Below are positions 1 to 8,249 of a DNA stretch of 42,094 nucleotides, in pieces. The stretch's first letter is position 1, and the number at the start of each line of letters is the position of its first letter. The notes under the pieces were generated by a model. It made no database searches. It was not told where the DNA came from and saw nothing but the letters and a program-made list of their open reading frames with translations. The stretch is from a virus (Duplodnaviria > Caudoviricetes), in IMG/VR virus record IMGVR_UViG_3300033067_001544, positions 1-42,094 of that record. One strand, given 5' to 3'. A program made the position numbers and the translations under genes.

Positions 1-519
1 TGGTTCGTCGTCTTCCTCGGCGAGTGCCTTCAGCTCTTCGTCGCTCAGGTTCGCGGTAAGGCTCGGGTCTTTCACAATCTCTTTGAACGCTTCCGCGAGT
101 GTCAACTTGACATCGGCCTTCGGCTTCCACTGCTCTGATCGGTTGGCCCTCAGCCACTCCAAAGCCTCTCGGGGCGAGCCGTGGGTGACCTTCAAATACT
201 GCTCACGCGCTACGGACGCTTCGGCGCGCTTCGTGACCAGACAAAACATCGGGCTGGACTCGCACGCCGCCGCGTACTGCTCCGCGTCCATGTGCAGGAA
301 GTAGTCAGCCGCCTCCACCGCAGGCATCCCGTCCATGACCGCACCGTAGAACGCTTTTATCTGGGCGTCGGGGTCGGTGAGGTTCGGCAACCCATCGCAC
401 ACCATGAGCGCGAACTCGTGGGCTCGTTCAGTGTCGAGTTCGCGGATGCGGTCGGCAACGGCGCGCCCGAACGGGTTGGACCCGATCTGAGCCCTACATT
501 GCTTGGGTGTGCTGCCCAA
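1..519 (-). CDS. terS: Putative terminase small subunit (173 aa; stop codon TGA lies across the circular junction at 42094-42092)
   Basis: Not in the ORF track. Manual translation from TTG519 gives MGSTPKQCRAQ...EALEWLRANRSEQWKPK...ANLSDEELKALAEEDDEP, open to base 1. The WL..R.E.W and LSDEEL motifs and the position between lysis genes and TerL fit TerS. Confidence 0.65.
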   Translation of the reverse strand, partial: MGSTPKQCRAQIGSNPFGRAVADRIRELDTERAHEFALMVCDGLPNLTDPDAQIKAFYGAVMDGMPAVEAADYFLHMDAEQYAAACESSPMFCLVTKRAEASVAREQYLKVTHGSPREALEWLRANRSEQWKPKADVKLTLAEAFKEIVKDPSLTANLSDEELKALAEEDDEP

Positions 520-717
520 TCACTCACCGTCCGCGACCGGCAACCCGATAGGCTGGGTCGTCTTGAACCGCAGGGCGAAGTTCGCCGCCGCAAGCACCAA
601 AGCGAGCTTCGGCTCCCACTGATGAGGGATAAACGGGGCGAACTGGTCATACGCGGCGACAATGAACGCGGACACGTTCAGGATCACCGTCCAACTCTTC
701 CAAAATGGCTTCTTCAT
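520..717 (-). CDS. Putative holin (two hydrophobic segments)
   Basis: 65 aa, basic N-terminus KKPFWKSWT, two TM-like stretches, in lysis cassette, GGAG RBS, ATGA overlap with upstream gene. Confidence 0.65.
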   Translation of the reverse strand: MKKPFWKSWTVILNVSAFIVAAYDQFAPFIPHQWEPKLALVLAAANFALRFKTTQPIGLPVADGE

Positions 718-860
718 TTGTCTTCTCCAATCAAATCTTTGATGAGGTCGCGCAATAGGTCAACGACCCTCGCCATCGTGCGGATCATGTACACGTTGCC
801 CGCTACCATGATCGCGACCCCTAACATCTGAAATAACGCCGCCTGCCCGGCGGAACTCAT
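714..860 (-). CDS. Small single-TM membrane protein (48 aa), lysis cassette
   Basis: Manual translation MSSAGQAALFQMLGVAIMVAGNVYMIRTMARVVDLLRDLIKDLIGEDK; ATGA overlaps at both ends. Confidence 0.6.
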   Translation of the reverse strand: MSSAGQAALFQMLGVAIMVAGNVYMIRTMARVVDLLRDLIKDLIGEDK

Positions 861-1147
861 TGGGGGCTCTCGACCGTCGCGCCTACTTTGTCCGCAATGC
901 GAACGATGTTGCGCTCTATGCGGCTCAGTCGCTTTTCGTTGGACTCGGCGCGGATTGTGAACGATTGCGTCATCGTGTCCACGGTCTTGGCCCTATCCGC
1001 TTGGCTGTCCTTGACGGCCTGCAGCTCGGTCTTGAAGCCCGAGTAGAGCGTCCCGGCACTGAATGCGCCGCCGATGATCGTGATGCCGAGCCCGATGGCG
1101 AGATGGCCGACGGTGAGTTTGTCCGTGAGTGTTGGAATGATCCCCAT
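857..1147 (-). CDS. Membrane protein with N-terminal TM and coiled coil (holin/spanin-like lysis accessory)
   Basis: TM segment LAIGLGITIIGGAFSAG followed by helical coiled coil; AAGGA RBS; directly downstream of endolysin. Confidence 0.55.
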   Translation of the reverse strand: MGIIPTLTDKLTVGHLAIGLGITIIGGAFSAGTLYSGFKTELQAVKDSQADRAKTVDTMTQSFTIRAESNEKRLSRIERNIVRIADKVGATVESPQ

Positions 1148-1213
1148 GTGTAGTGTCCTTGGTGGTTTAGTTCAAGGGCACGCTCTCCCCGCGTGGCCCA
1201 AATCTTCTTTTGG

Positions 1214-1678
1214 TTACCAGTTGTTGGCCTTCTGGGCATGAGCTCCATCCCAGGAAATCTGCGTAGCGTAATCAGGATGAGTGTCAGGCCATCCCGCCGC
1301 GCTCAGCCGTCCCATCGCATCCAGCACTTTCGCCCGACGTGCCGCGTTAAATCCAAACACGCCGCCCCAACCGACTTCATGCTTGTAGCAAAGCCAACCA
1401 AGCATCAACCAAAAACGCTTCGGAGCGTTCCAGCCCGTAGACCGTGGCACGATGTCGGCGGCCAGTCCAAGCCCGTCCGAACCCCGCTTGAGGTGGTAGC
1501 TGTTCATCGTCTTGCTGTAGCCAAGCCGCACCTTCTCGCGCTGTTGTGCGACCGTGCGCATGGCCTCGGCAATGAAGACATCCGGGTAACCGTGATGCGC
1601 CAATGCGTCAATCACCGCCGCGATCTTGGCCCGCAGGTTGCCGTCGTCCGTGATCTGGGCTAGTTTGGGGTCGATCAC
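1214..1678 (-). CDS. Endolysin, peptidase M15-like (L-Ala-D-Glu endopeptidase type)
   Basis: Motifs RTVAQQ, SKTMNSYH, LAADIVP, VGWGG, WDGAHAQ match the Zn-binding H..D..H pattern of M15 phage endolysins. Confidence 0.85.
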   Translation of the reverse strand: MIDPKLAQITDDGNLRAKIAAVIDALAHHGYPDVFIAEAMRTVAQQREKVRLGYSKTMNSYHLKRGSDGLGLAADIVPRSTGWNAPKRFWLMLGWLCYKHEVGWGGVFGFNAARRAKVLDAMGRLSAAGWPDTHPDYATQISWDGAHAQKANNW

Positions 1679-1842
1679 TGAACAATCCTCACCGTAAGCG
1701 TCACGCCGCGATCTTCAAACGCCACAAGCGTCGGATTGGCACCCACGGCCTTGAACGAGCCGGGGATCTTCCATTTCTTCCGCAGCTCGCCGAACGTGAT
1801 GCCAGCGGCGCGGAACTTCACTTCAAGATTGATCTCGAGCAT
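1675..1842 (-). CDS. Hypothetical protein (55 aa)
   Basis: Manual translation MLEINLEVKFRAAGITFGELRKKWKIPGSF...VRIVQ; GTGA overlap with endolysin start; GAAGG RBS. Confidence 0.55.
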   Translation of the reverse strand: MLEINLEVKFRAAGITFGELRKKWKIPGSFKAVGANPTLVAFEDRGVTLTVRIVQ

Positions 1843-1940
1843 GTGCTAAACCTTCGGGGCCGCGCCCAATGAACGAAACGCGGCACACGTCAGAGGGGAG
1901 TTGATCCAACCGGCCCAGAGGGTGAACCGGAAGATGTTGT

Positions 1941-2183
1941 TTAGACCTGCGGTGCTACGTCACCAGCAAGTGCTTCGTATGCGTCCTCAGCATGCACACA
2001 ATCGCCAATCGTGACGCAGAGGTCGGCAACTCGCCCAGGCAATGCGCGGGCTAGCTGCCCGTTGCACGTTTGCGCAGTCGCGCTGGTCGTGTGAAGGACT
2101 CCGGCTGTCACCTTCTTAGTGTACGGGTCCCGATGAATGATCTGATCGCCCTCGTGGGCTTCGCGTCCGTTTTTGTAATGCAT
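1941..2183 (-). CDS. Hypothetical phage protein
   Basis: 80 aa ORF with AAGGAG RBS, co-directional with late operon. Confidence 0.7.
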   Translation of the reverse strand: MHYKNGREAHEGDQIIHRDPYTKKVTAGVLHTTSATAQTCNGQLARALPGRVADLCVTIGDCVHAEDAYEALAGDVAPQV

Positions 2184-2186
2184 TGG

Positions 2187-2357
2187 TTATCTCCTTCGTG
2201 GCGGCGTGAGTGGCGTGTGAAGCGTGCAACGTCCCGTGCCACCGCACGTGCACCTAACTCGCGTTCGTTCGGTCCACTCGTCAACATCCGCCCGAGCCTT
2301 TCGTATCGCTTCCCGAACAGCTTTGATTTGTTCGGGCGTAAACGTGATCTTGTCCAT
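2187..2357 (-). CDS. Hypothetical protein with C-terminal Cys/His cluster (start uncertain, 2357 or 2453)
   Basis: MDKITFTPEQ...RCTCGGTGRCTLH; abuts next gene. Confidence 0.45.
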   Translation of the reverse strand: MDKITFTPEQIKAVREAIRKARADVDEWTERTRVRCTCGGTGRCTLHTPLTPPRRR

Positions 2358-2497
2358 AGGTTTATCGGCCCGTTGCCGCGCTGGTCCCCTTTCTGCTGTG
2401 GGATCGTGTACGAGACAGGCGGGGTCTTGGGCCGAAACTGGATGGGGGGTCATCGCAAAGCGGGCACAAGCGTGTAAAGAGTCGCTTCGCTCGCCCC

Positions 2498-2529
2498 AAA
2501 TTGAAACAGGCCCGGATCACTCCGAGCCT
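2498..2529 (-). terminator. Hairpin with GNRA loop and U-rich tail (candidate late-leader terminator)
   Basis: Minus strand AGGCTCGGA-GTGA-TCCGGGCCT followed by GTTTCAATTT. Confidence 0.5.
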
Positions 2530-2532
2530 AAA

Positions 2533-2573
2533 CTTTGCGGTGCAGGAGACGCTTTGATCCCCTACACGCAAAG
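2533..2573 (-). ncRNA. Long stem-loop in putative late leader
   Basis: Minus strand CTTTGCG-TGTAGGGGA-tcaaagcg-TCTCCTGCA-c-CGCAAAG; its G-U pairs work only on the minus strand. Confidence 0.4.
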
Positions 2574-2608
2574 GACTAGACGCACGGGATATGGTGGAAA
2601 GTTCCGAT

Positions 2609-2836
2609 TTATTGAGCATTTTCACGTATTTCCACGATCTCGCGCACTTTATCGCTGAACATGGGCCGCCAGTCGGTAGGGTCCAGGATCGCCCGCATAG
2701 CCTCCGCCATCATGGAACCCTCACCTTGCCCGAGCTTGTGTTTATTCATGCAACCTTGGCAATATCCCAGGTTGGAATAGATGAGGTTGTACCTGCCGCA
2801 ATATTTGCACGCGGCTCGGTACTTGGGCGTCGCCAT
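2609..2836 (-). CDS. Zn-finger hypothetical protein
   Basis: CKYC...CQGC; start immediately follows upstream stop. Confidence 0.65.
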   Translation of the reverse strand: MATPKYRAACKYCGRYNLIYSNLGYCQGCMNKHKLGQGEGSMMAEAMRAILDPTDWRPMFSDKVREIVEIRENAQ

Positions 2837-3163
2837 CTATTCGATCTCCATCGCCACGTTGACCCCGTGCTCATCCCAATAACCCCGAAACGCGATCTTG
2901 AACGCCTTGATCTCGTCGTTCTCGTGCTTGGTCAGCCGTTGCCGGCCCGTGATGGTCACGTCGTACACCACCGTGCGCCACCGTCTCGCCGCCTCGCCCG
3001 TAAAGAAGCGATCCACGCACCGGTACACCACGGAGGCGTTGTCGTCATTGTCGTCGTTGCCCGCGCTACTGCCCGGTTTCCAGCCCTTGATCTTGCCGTC
3101 CTGGACGATGAGCGCCCATGTTAGGAGGGCCTGGTTAGGCGGCATCCTGCGCGATGTGGTCAT
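2837..3163 (-). CDS. Hypothetical protein (position of a late-transcription regulator)
   Basis: Start MTTSRR with AAGGA RBS; near the end of the replication operon, before the late leader. Function is positional inference only. Confidence 0.55.
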   Translation of the reverse strand: MTTSRRMPPNQALLTWALIVQDGKIKGWKPGSSAGNDDNDDNASVVYRCVDRFFTGEAARRWRTVVYDVTITGRQRLTKHENDEIKAFKIAFRGYWDEHGVNVAMEIE

Positions 3164-3168
3164 TGTGA

Positions 3169-3429
3169 TTATCCTTGCATGTATCGTTTCGTATCCGCGC
3201 ACACCACCAGATGAGCGGGGTCGAACGGGATAACCGCGCCCGTGCATCTGGTTTCGATGTTTGCCATCAGCTCGCCATCAATCACCACGTATCCCAGGAC
3301 CGTGCCCACAATCGCACGCCCGTGGTCGAAGTCGATGCGAACTCGGGTGCCCTCCTTGATCGGTTGCCCTTTGCCCATCGGTCTGAGCCCGCCATCAGGT
3401 TTCTTTCTAGCCACGATGTTATTGTACAT
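3169..3429 (-). CDS. Hypothetical protein (SH3-like beta pattern)
   Basis: IKEGTRVRIDF...VGTVLGYVV pattern; packed in operon. Confidence 0.55.
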   Translation of the reverse strand: MYNNIVARKKPDGGLRPMGKGQPIKEGTRVRIDFDHGRAIVGTVLGYVVIDGELMANIETRCTGAVIPFDPAHLVVCADTKRYMQG

Positions 3430-3841
3430 AGAACACCGTGACCACTTCAAGGTCGCCATTGCGGATCAGAAGTGCCCTGCAACCGTTCGCCTTCGTGACG
3501 TCCATGCACTCCTCTACCGTGGACGCGAATGGTTTTGGATGCCCAAACAACATCAGCTTATGGGGATGCATTGCTACCGCCCTCCAGATCGACGCTTCCG
3601 AATCAAAAGCGCTGCAAGACGGTGAAGGATGCAAATAACTCCCCCTAACCCCACCCATGCAACCCATGCGCCACACCACTGATTCCGGTCCCCAATCTCC
3701 AAGACCAAACGGCGCATCCGTGGTCTTCACCTCGGGATTTCCGACATTCCAACGTGTCACTTCACCCATTAAATCGAAGCTCTCTGCCATCTCCAAAATC
3801 TCCAAGTTCTCAATATCCCCACGGTTTCGCGTACTTCTCAC
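3419..3841 (-). CDS. Hypothetical protein
   Basis: 140 aa ORF co-directional with operon; start uncertain. Confidence 0.55.
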   Translation of the reverse strand: MRSTRNRGDIENLEILEMAESFDLMGEVTRWNVGNPEVKTTDAPFGLGDWGPESVVWRMGCMGGVRGSYLHPSPSCSAFDSEASIWRAVAMHPHKLMLFGHPKPFASTVEECMDVTKANGCRALLIRNGDLEVVTVFYVQ

Positions 3842-3889
3842 CTGTTTTGCGAGGCCAAAACAAGCCCTGGTCTGGCTATCCAGACAATA

Positions 3890-4106
3890 TCCCCCCCTAC
3901 CCCCCTCTACCCTATGGTAGTTGGGGGCTGGTACTCAGAATCCCATCAGAATCCCTATGTGGATTCTGCCTTTTACGGTGTTTTTAGGTTCAAAAACGGT
4001 GCTTGGCGGTACTCAGAATCCACTTTTAACATTGGACCGGGATTCTGGGTGTCAAAACCCCTCAAAAGGGCAGACGCCCAGCAGAATCCCTCAGTGGATT
4101 CTGCCC
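3890..4106. repeat. Iteron array, putative replication origin
   Basis: Seven CAGAATCC copies: forward 3936, 3947, 4014, 4082; inverted 3961, 4040, 4096. Lies in a non-coding gap right after the primase-helicase, with AT-rich spacers and a C-rich CCCCCCCTACCCCCC tract. Confidence 0.75.
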
Positions 4107-4108
4107 TA

Positions 4109-6076
4109 TCACGGCCTAAAGTAAGGATCGTTTTCCTCCATTCCCGGTGCGTCTACCCGAAGGGAAACGTACCAACCGTCGCTGAACTGTTCGGCATTGA
4201 GAACCGCTTTCTTGGCCCGGTTCCACTGGCCATTCCCCACCTTGTAGCCCGCCGCTCGCGCTTTGTATTCAAGGTCTCTCGACTTGACGTACCCACCTAC
4301 CGGAACGGTCTTCACGAGCCACTGTTTGAGGCCCAGCGTGCCGTCCGGGGCAGGTCCACCATAGGGGTTGTCGAAATCTGGAACGTATTGGATCTCGTGC
4401 CCTTCGCGGCGATAGGCGAATGTTGCGCCGCGTGGTGCGAGGAGTGATCCTTTCTCATCGGTGACGATAATGAGGCCCCGTTCTTCGGGGTGATAGCGGG
4501 CTACGAGCTGCCCACGGTGCGAGTTTCGGAACTGCACGGTTCCCATGCCCAATTCGCTCGCCTGGGTGCCGATCGCGCCCTTTCTCGTATGGCGAATGTG
4601 GATACCACAGGCACCCGTGCGCTGATAGATAGCGTTGAGGCCCTGCATGGCCGGGAGAACGTCGAAGTTCGAGTTTGTGGACTCCGCCGTACCTTGCAGG
4701 AAATAGAAGAGAGCGTCGATGATGACGAGCTTTGCACCGGTGTCGATGATGGCTTGCTCAAGTGCGGCAAGTCCTACCTTGTCGAATGGGAATGACTCAC
4801 TTATAAAGTGGATGCGGTTAAACCGCCCGCCGTTGGCGCGGTAGATCGTCATGATCTCCTCGTCCATATCCTCACCGGCGTGCAGGTAAAGGGTTGTCAC
4901 GGGCTCACAGCGGCCCTCTCCGTTGGGGAGGATGCCATTACTGAGCCCTGCCGCGATTGCCGCGGCTACCGAGGTCTTACCCGTGCCACCGTCGGCGTCG
5001 AGCAGAACCATCTTGCCCTTGGGCAGATACGGCTCCCATAGAAAGTCAAGATCGGCAGGGGTGAACGTCTCTTCGGTAAACGTGCGGATCTTTAGCTTGC
5101 GGGCAGTTGGCGCAGCGGCTGGGGTTGGTGTGTTGACGGCTTGCCGTACACGCTCCCCATACCCTTGCTCACCGAGCATCCTTGCGGCCATACCGAAGTC
5201 GCCACCGCACTCTAGGAGCGCATGAACGGCGAACTTGCTGTAAGACGTTTCTGGCTCGAACGGTGCGGCATTGGACGAAAACACGTAAAGGCATTGACCA
5301 TCACCTGTAATCGTCGCTGAGACGCCATCGCGCACCCGTTTGCCGGGGCGGGTGATACCGATGCGGTTGCCAGATTTCCCGAACACCTGCCATCCTTTAG
5401 CTTGAAGCGTTTCGAGCAGGTGCGGCCCTTTGAGGTTGTAGGCGTCGCCTGCACGTTGGCAACCCATCGCGTTGGTTCGCTCCGGGGCTCTTGTCGGCTC
5501 AGGGAAATACTCGTTCAGGAACCGGCATACCGTGAAGAGGAAACTCCGTTCCTCCGGTGTGATTGTGGGAAGGGCGGCTAAGTCGCCATCCTTGACGTTG
5601 TAGCCATTCGACGGAGCAGCTACGAAGTAACCACCCTCTCCACGGGTTTCGATCAGGGTTTGCCCTGATTCGTTGCGGGCTAAGACTGTGTTCCCGCTCG
5701 TCGTGGCGCACCGGTAGATAAGATGCACGCCACCGGACGGGGTGGATTCCTTGAATAGCTTCTCGTAAAGCTCTTCGTATCCATGATCCTTGAGCAGAGC
5801 GCGGAACGGCTTGAATGCGGGGGGCGTGGACCGCGGTTTGCCCTCGGCTTTGCCGGGTATATCGAAGTCGATACACTCTAAACCGCCCGAGACTTTGCCC
5901 CCGATCAGTGCGATCTGCTGGCCGTTGTACCAGAACTTCGGGACGAGAACAGCGTCCATCCGCTCGGATTGGAACGGCTTCCACGTCTCGAGTTCCGGTT
6001 TCTTGGTGCCGGACTTGATCGGAAGCACCGAGATACCGGCTTCCAGCAGGCGCAGAGCTTCGGGGGCGAGGCTCAA
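4109..6076 (-). CDS. Bifunctional DNA primase-polymerase fused to RecA-like (AAA_25 type) helicase
   Basis: N-terminal prim-pol motifs (ISVLPI..GTKKP, LECIDFD, TPSGGVHLIY, IETRGEGGYFVAAPS); Walker A DADGGTGKT, Walker B LVIIDAL, IRHTRK. Confidence 0.9.
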   Translation of the reverse strand: MSLAPEALRLLEAGISVLPIKSGTKKPELETWKPFQSERMDAVLVPKFWYNGQQIALIGGKVSGGLECIDFDIPGKAEGKPRSTPPAFKPFRALLKDHGYEELYEKLFKESTPSGGVHLIYRCATTSGNTVLARNESGQTLIETRGEGGYFVAAPSNGYNVKDGDLAALPTITPEERSFLFTVCRFLNEYFPEPTRAPERTNAMGCQRAGDAYNLKGPHLLETLQAKGWQVFGKSGNRIGITRPGKRVRDGVSATITGDGQCLYVFSSNAAPFEPETSYSKFAVHALLECGGDFGMAARMLGEQGYGERVRQAVNTPTPAAAPTARKLKIRTFTEETFTPADLDFLWEPYLPKGKMVLLDADGGTGKTSVAAAIAAGLSNGILPNGEGRCEPVTTLYLHAGEDMDEEIMTIYRANGGRFNRIHFISESFPFDKVGLAALEQAIIDTGAKLVIIDALFYFLQGTAESTNSNFDVLPAMQGLNAIYQRTGACGIHIRHTRKGAIGTQASELGMGTVQFRNSHRGQLVARYHPEERGLIIVTDEKGSLLAPRGATFAYRREGHEIQYVPDFDNPYGGPAPDGTLGLKQWLVKTVPVGGYVKSRDLEYKARAAGYKVGNGQWNRAKKAVLNAEQFSDGWYVSLRVDAPGMEENDPYFRP

Positions 6077-6537
6077 GAGCTAAACGTCCTCCGCCCGTAT
6101 TCCGCGATGCAGATAGCATCCGCCATGCCGTCATGCGGCACCCGGCACCGATCAGGGATAAGGTTGATCTGAGGGAACGCACGGCGCACGTAAGCTATCG
6201 CCGCGCCCTTGTCCTTCGTGGTGCCCGCGAGAACAACCTTCTTCCATGCCTGCGGGGTCACCAGCTCAACCCGCACACCGAGCGCCGCGCAAATGCCCAG
6301 CAAAGCCCCGTATCCCTTGCCGAACTTGAAGGTGGAGACTACGCCCTGCTTGGGCATTGCGCCTACCTTCTCGATACAGACAACCGGGTTCATGTAGTCA
6401 GCTATGGTTAGGGTGATTGCGTGAAGGTCAAGCTCACCACCAGCGATGGGTAGCGGAGTTACCGCGTAATCGCCATTGGTGCCGTCATAGACCGCAATGC
6501 CACCCGAGAGCCCAGGGTCGATGCCGATGATGGTCAT
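6073..6537 (-). CDS. RuvC-like Holliday junction resolvase
   Basis: IIGIDPGLSGGIA, VCIEKV, FKFGKGYG, PQAWKK, HDGMADAICIA motifs. Confidence 0.9.
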   Translation of the reverse strand: MTIIGIDPGLSGGIAVYDGTNGDYAVTPLPIAGGELDLHAITLTIADYMNPVVCIEKVGAMPKQGVVSTFKFGKGYGALLGICAALGVRVELVTPQAWKKVVLAGTTKDKGAAIAYVRRAFPQINLIPDRCRVPHDGMADAICIAEYGRRTFSS

Positions 6538-6743
6538 TGGGGCTTCACGTCCTTAATGATCTGCTCCCGTTTGGTGACGTGATCGCCGATGATTGCCTTG
6601 AGTGCCGATAGGTATGGCTTTGATAACGTCGGCATGTGCCGCATCGTGAGGTCCATGATGTGGTCGATCGTGCCGACGCCGATCTTGTCCAGCTCGATCA
6701 ACGTCTCAACCTTCAGCTTCAAATCTTCGCCGGGGGTTATCAC
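6534..6743 (-). CDS. Hypothetical protein (69 aa)
   Basis: GTG6743 with GGAGG RBS and GTGA overlap with upstream stop. Confidence 0.6.
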   Translation of the reverse strand: MITPGEDLKLKVETLIELDKIGVGTIDHIMDLTMRHMPTLSKPYLSALKAIIGDHVTKREQIIKDVKPQ

Positions 6744-7003
6744 ATCGACCTCCACGCCCGAACGGGACGCCATTTGCATTGCCACCGCCGCGATGTCACA
6801 AACTGAGGCGTCGGGCTAATCAGCCCATCCCGCTTAGCCGCAAGAATAGCGCGACCCATCGCCTTGGGATCGACAACCGCAGGCACCAACGGCCATACGT
6901 CGTCAGCGGTGAACCGGCGGCACCCGGACGCCACCTGTTGAACTGCTTTAATGGCGATGGGAAGCCAGTTTTTGACTTCCATCTTCACCACGTCATTGCT
7001 CAT
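6740..7003 (-). CDS. Hypothetical winged-helix-like protein
   Basis: FTADDVW...PKAMGRAILAAKRDGLI pattern; GGAGG RBS; ATGA overlap. Confidence 0.6.
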   Translation of the reverse strand: MSNDVVKMEVKNWLPIAIKAVQQVASGCRRFTADDVWPLVPAVVDPKAMGRAILAAKRDGLISPTPQFVTSRRWQCKWRPVRAWRSM

Positions 7004-7266
7004 GCCGCCCTCCGAGCCTTCTGTGGCGGGTTCATAATGCGGATCGTCTCTTTGACCACCTCCGCGATGTGCCGGCACCCGTTGTCAAGCGTGGGCAGCC
7101 ACTTTCGCCGCCTGTAGAAGTGATCCTCGCAGACGCAAAAGCATTCCCCGGTCTCCAGATTGATCGAGCACTCATGCACGACATCGGGCCGCGAGAATGA
7201 GCGAACCCCCCAGGACCATTCCTGGGGGCCGACTTCGCCGTAAAAGGTTACGCGTGATTCGCTCAT
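7000..7266 (-). CDS. SWIM zinc-finger protein
   Basis: CxC...CxH signature (CFCVCEDHFYR...GCRHI); GAGG RBS. Confidence 0.7.
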   Translation of the reverse strand: MSESRVTFYGEVGPQEWSWGVRSFSRPDVVHECSINLETGECFCVCEDHFYRRRKWLPTLDNGCRHIAEVVKETIRIMNPPQKARRAA

Positions 7267-7270
7267 CTGC

Positions 7271-7987
7271 TTAGTCCTCTGCAAACGGGTCGTATTCGTC
7301 GATGTCGCCAGACCGTGCGACCACGGAAGATGTAGCCGCCGGGACCGATTCCCGCGGCTCGTGTGTCTTCCCGTCGTCGTAGAACGGCAACGCGATCGCG
7401 GTATTCATCACCCACTCTTCGCGGATCGCCTCGTTCGACGTTCTGGCCGCCTTTAAGCGGGCACCTACCAAACCTTCCAGCGGCATGAACCCGAGGTCCA
7501 GCTCCATCGCTGGGATTGCTTCAACGTCGTTTCCAACCACGCGCTTGATCGTGAGAAACGGTCTCCCGTCAGCTACGAACGCGCTGATTTCCACGAGGTC
7601 GCCCTTATTGAGTTGAGCCAGCCGCCGCAAGACGCTGAACGCCGCGAGGCTCCCAGCCCGTAGCGGCAACTTCAAAACCTTAGGAGAGCCCTGGATCACC
7701 GCATCAAGGGCAAGAATCATTTCGTTGTAGGCTTCCACGCCTTTATCGGGCTTGCCCTCGTTCATGCGGGTAGCTACCGAGCGCAGTCGGCCCGAGATGT
7801 ATTCGTACTCGTGCTCCGTGCCCTTCTCGCCGGTCGCGCCCTTTACCCAGTTGGTGAGCCGCCCCATTGCGACCTTCTCCGTCTCAGCCGTGCCGTCGTT
7901 CTTTGGCACCGAGCGGGTGGCGCGGTAGTTAAACCAGATCGCGCCTGAATCCTTGGACCCGAAACCTCCTACATCTTCGTTACTCAT
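7271..7987 (-). CDS. Putative single-stranded DNA-binding protein
   Basis: 238 aa, beta-rich core, flexible linker and acidic tail DIDEYDPFAED; AAGGAG RBS; heads the replication operon. Confidence 0.6.
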   Translation of the reverse strand: MSNEDVGGFGSKDSGAIWFNYRATRSVPKNDGTAETEKVAMGRLTNWVKGATGEKGTEHEYEYISGRLRSVATRMNEGKPDKGVEAYNEMILALDAVIQGSPKVLKLPLRAGSLAAFSVLRRLAQLNKGDLVEISAFVADGRPFLTIKRVVGNDVEAIPAMELDLGFMPLEGLVGARLKAARTSNEAIREEWVMNTAIALPFYDDGKTHEPRESVPAATSSVVARSGDIDEYDPFAED

Positions 7988-8009
7988 TGTGTGATCTCTC
8001 CTTCTGCGG

Positions 8010-8249
8010 TCATGCCGCAGAGTTACGGGCTTCCCGGCCCTGTTCGGCGGGCGACTGTGCGCCAGTGGATGACTTGGGCCGCCCTTGCCGTCCATGCTTG
8101 TGGCTGATGGGCAGGCGCTTGTACTTCAAAATCGTCGGGAGTGAAACCCGGTAGCGCGCGGCTAGTTCGATGTCTGTCAGCGTCCCCGCCAACCCCTTCA
8201 GTTCAGCGTGCAGCTCGGGCGTGAATGCGATTCGTCCCTGTTGTGCCAT
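8010..8249 (-). CDS. Cro-like small HTH regulator (probably leaderless)
   Basis: LTDIELAARYRVSLPTILKYKR helix-turn-helix; first gene left of divergent promoter; ATG 7 nt after TATAAT and no SD. Confidence 0.65.
   Translation of the reverse strand: MAQQGRIAFTPELHAELKGLAGTLTDIELAARYRVSLPTILKYKRLPISHKHGRQGRPKSSTGAQSPAEQGREARNSAA

Noticed and set aside
181-831. 216-aa plus-strand ORF and other long antisense ORFs (e.g. 8809-9495, 17044-17766, 21207-21854, 40439-41191)
   Set aside because: Shadow frames of well-supported opposite-strand genes in GC-rich DNA; no RBS or motifs.
2480-2580. Resemblance to a c-di-GMP-I riboswitch (GCAAAG, GCCTAAAC words on plus strand)
   Set aside because: Elements are not in the required order and the stems pair better on the opposite strand.
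3914-4447. Plus-strand ORFs over the iteron region
   Set aside because: Antisense to the operon, overlap the primase gene, and their repeats simply translate the iterons.
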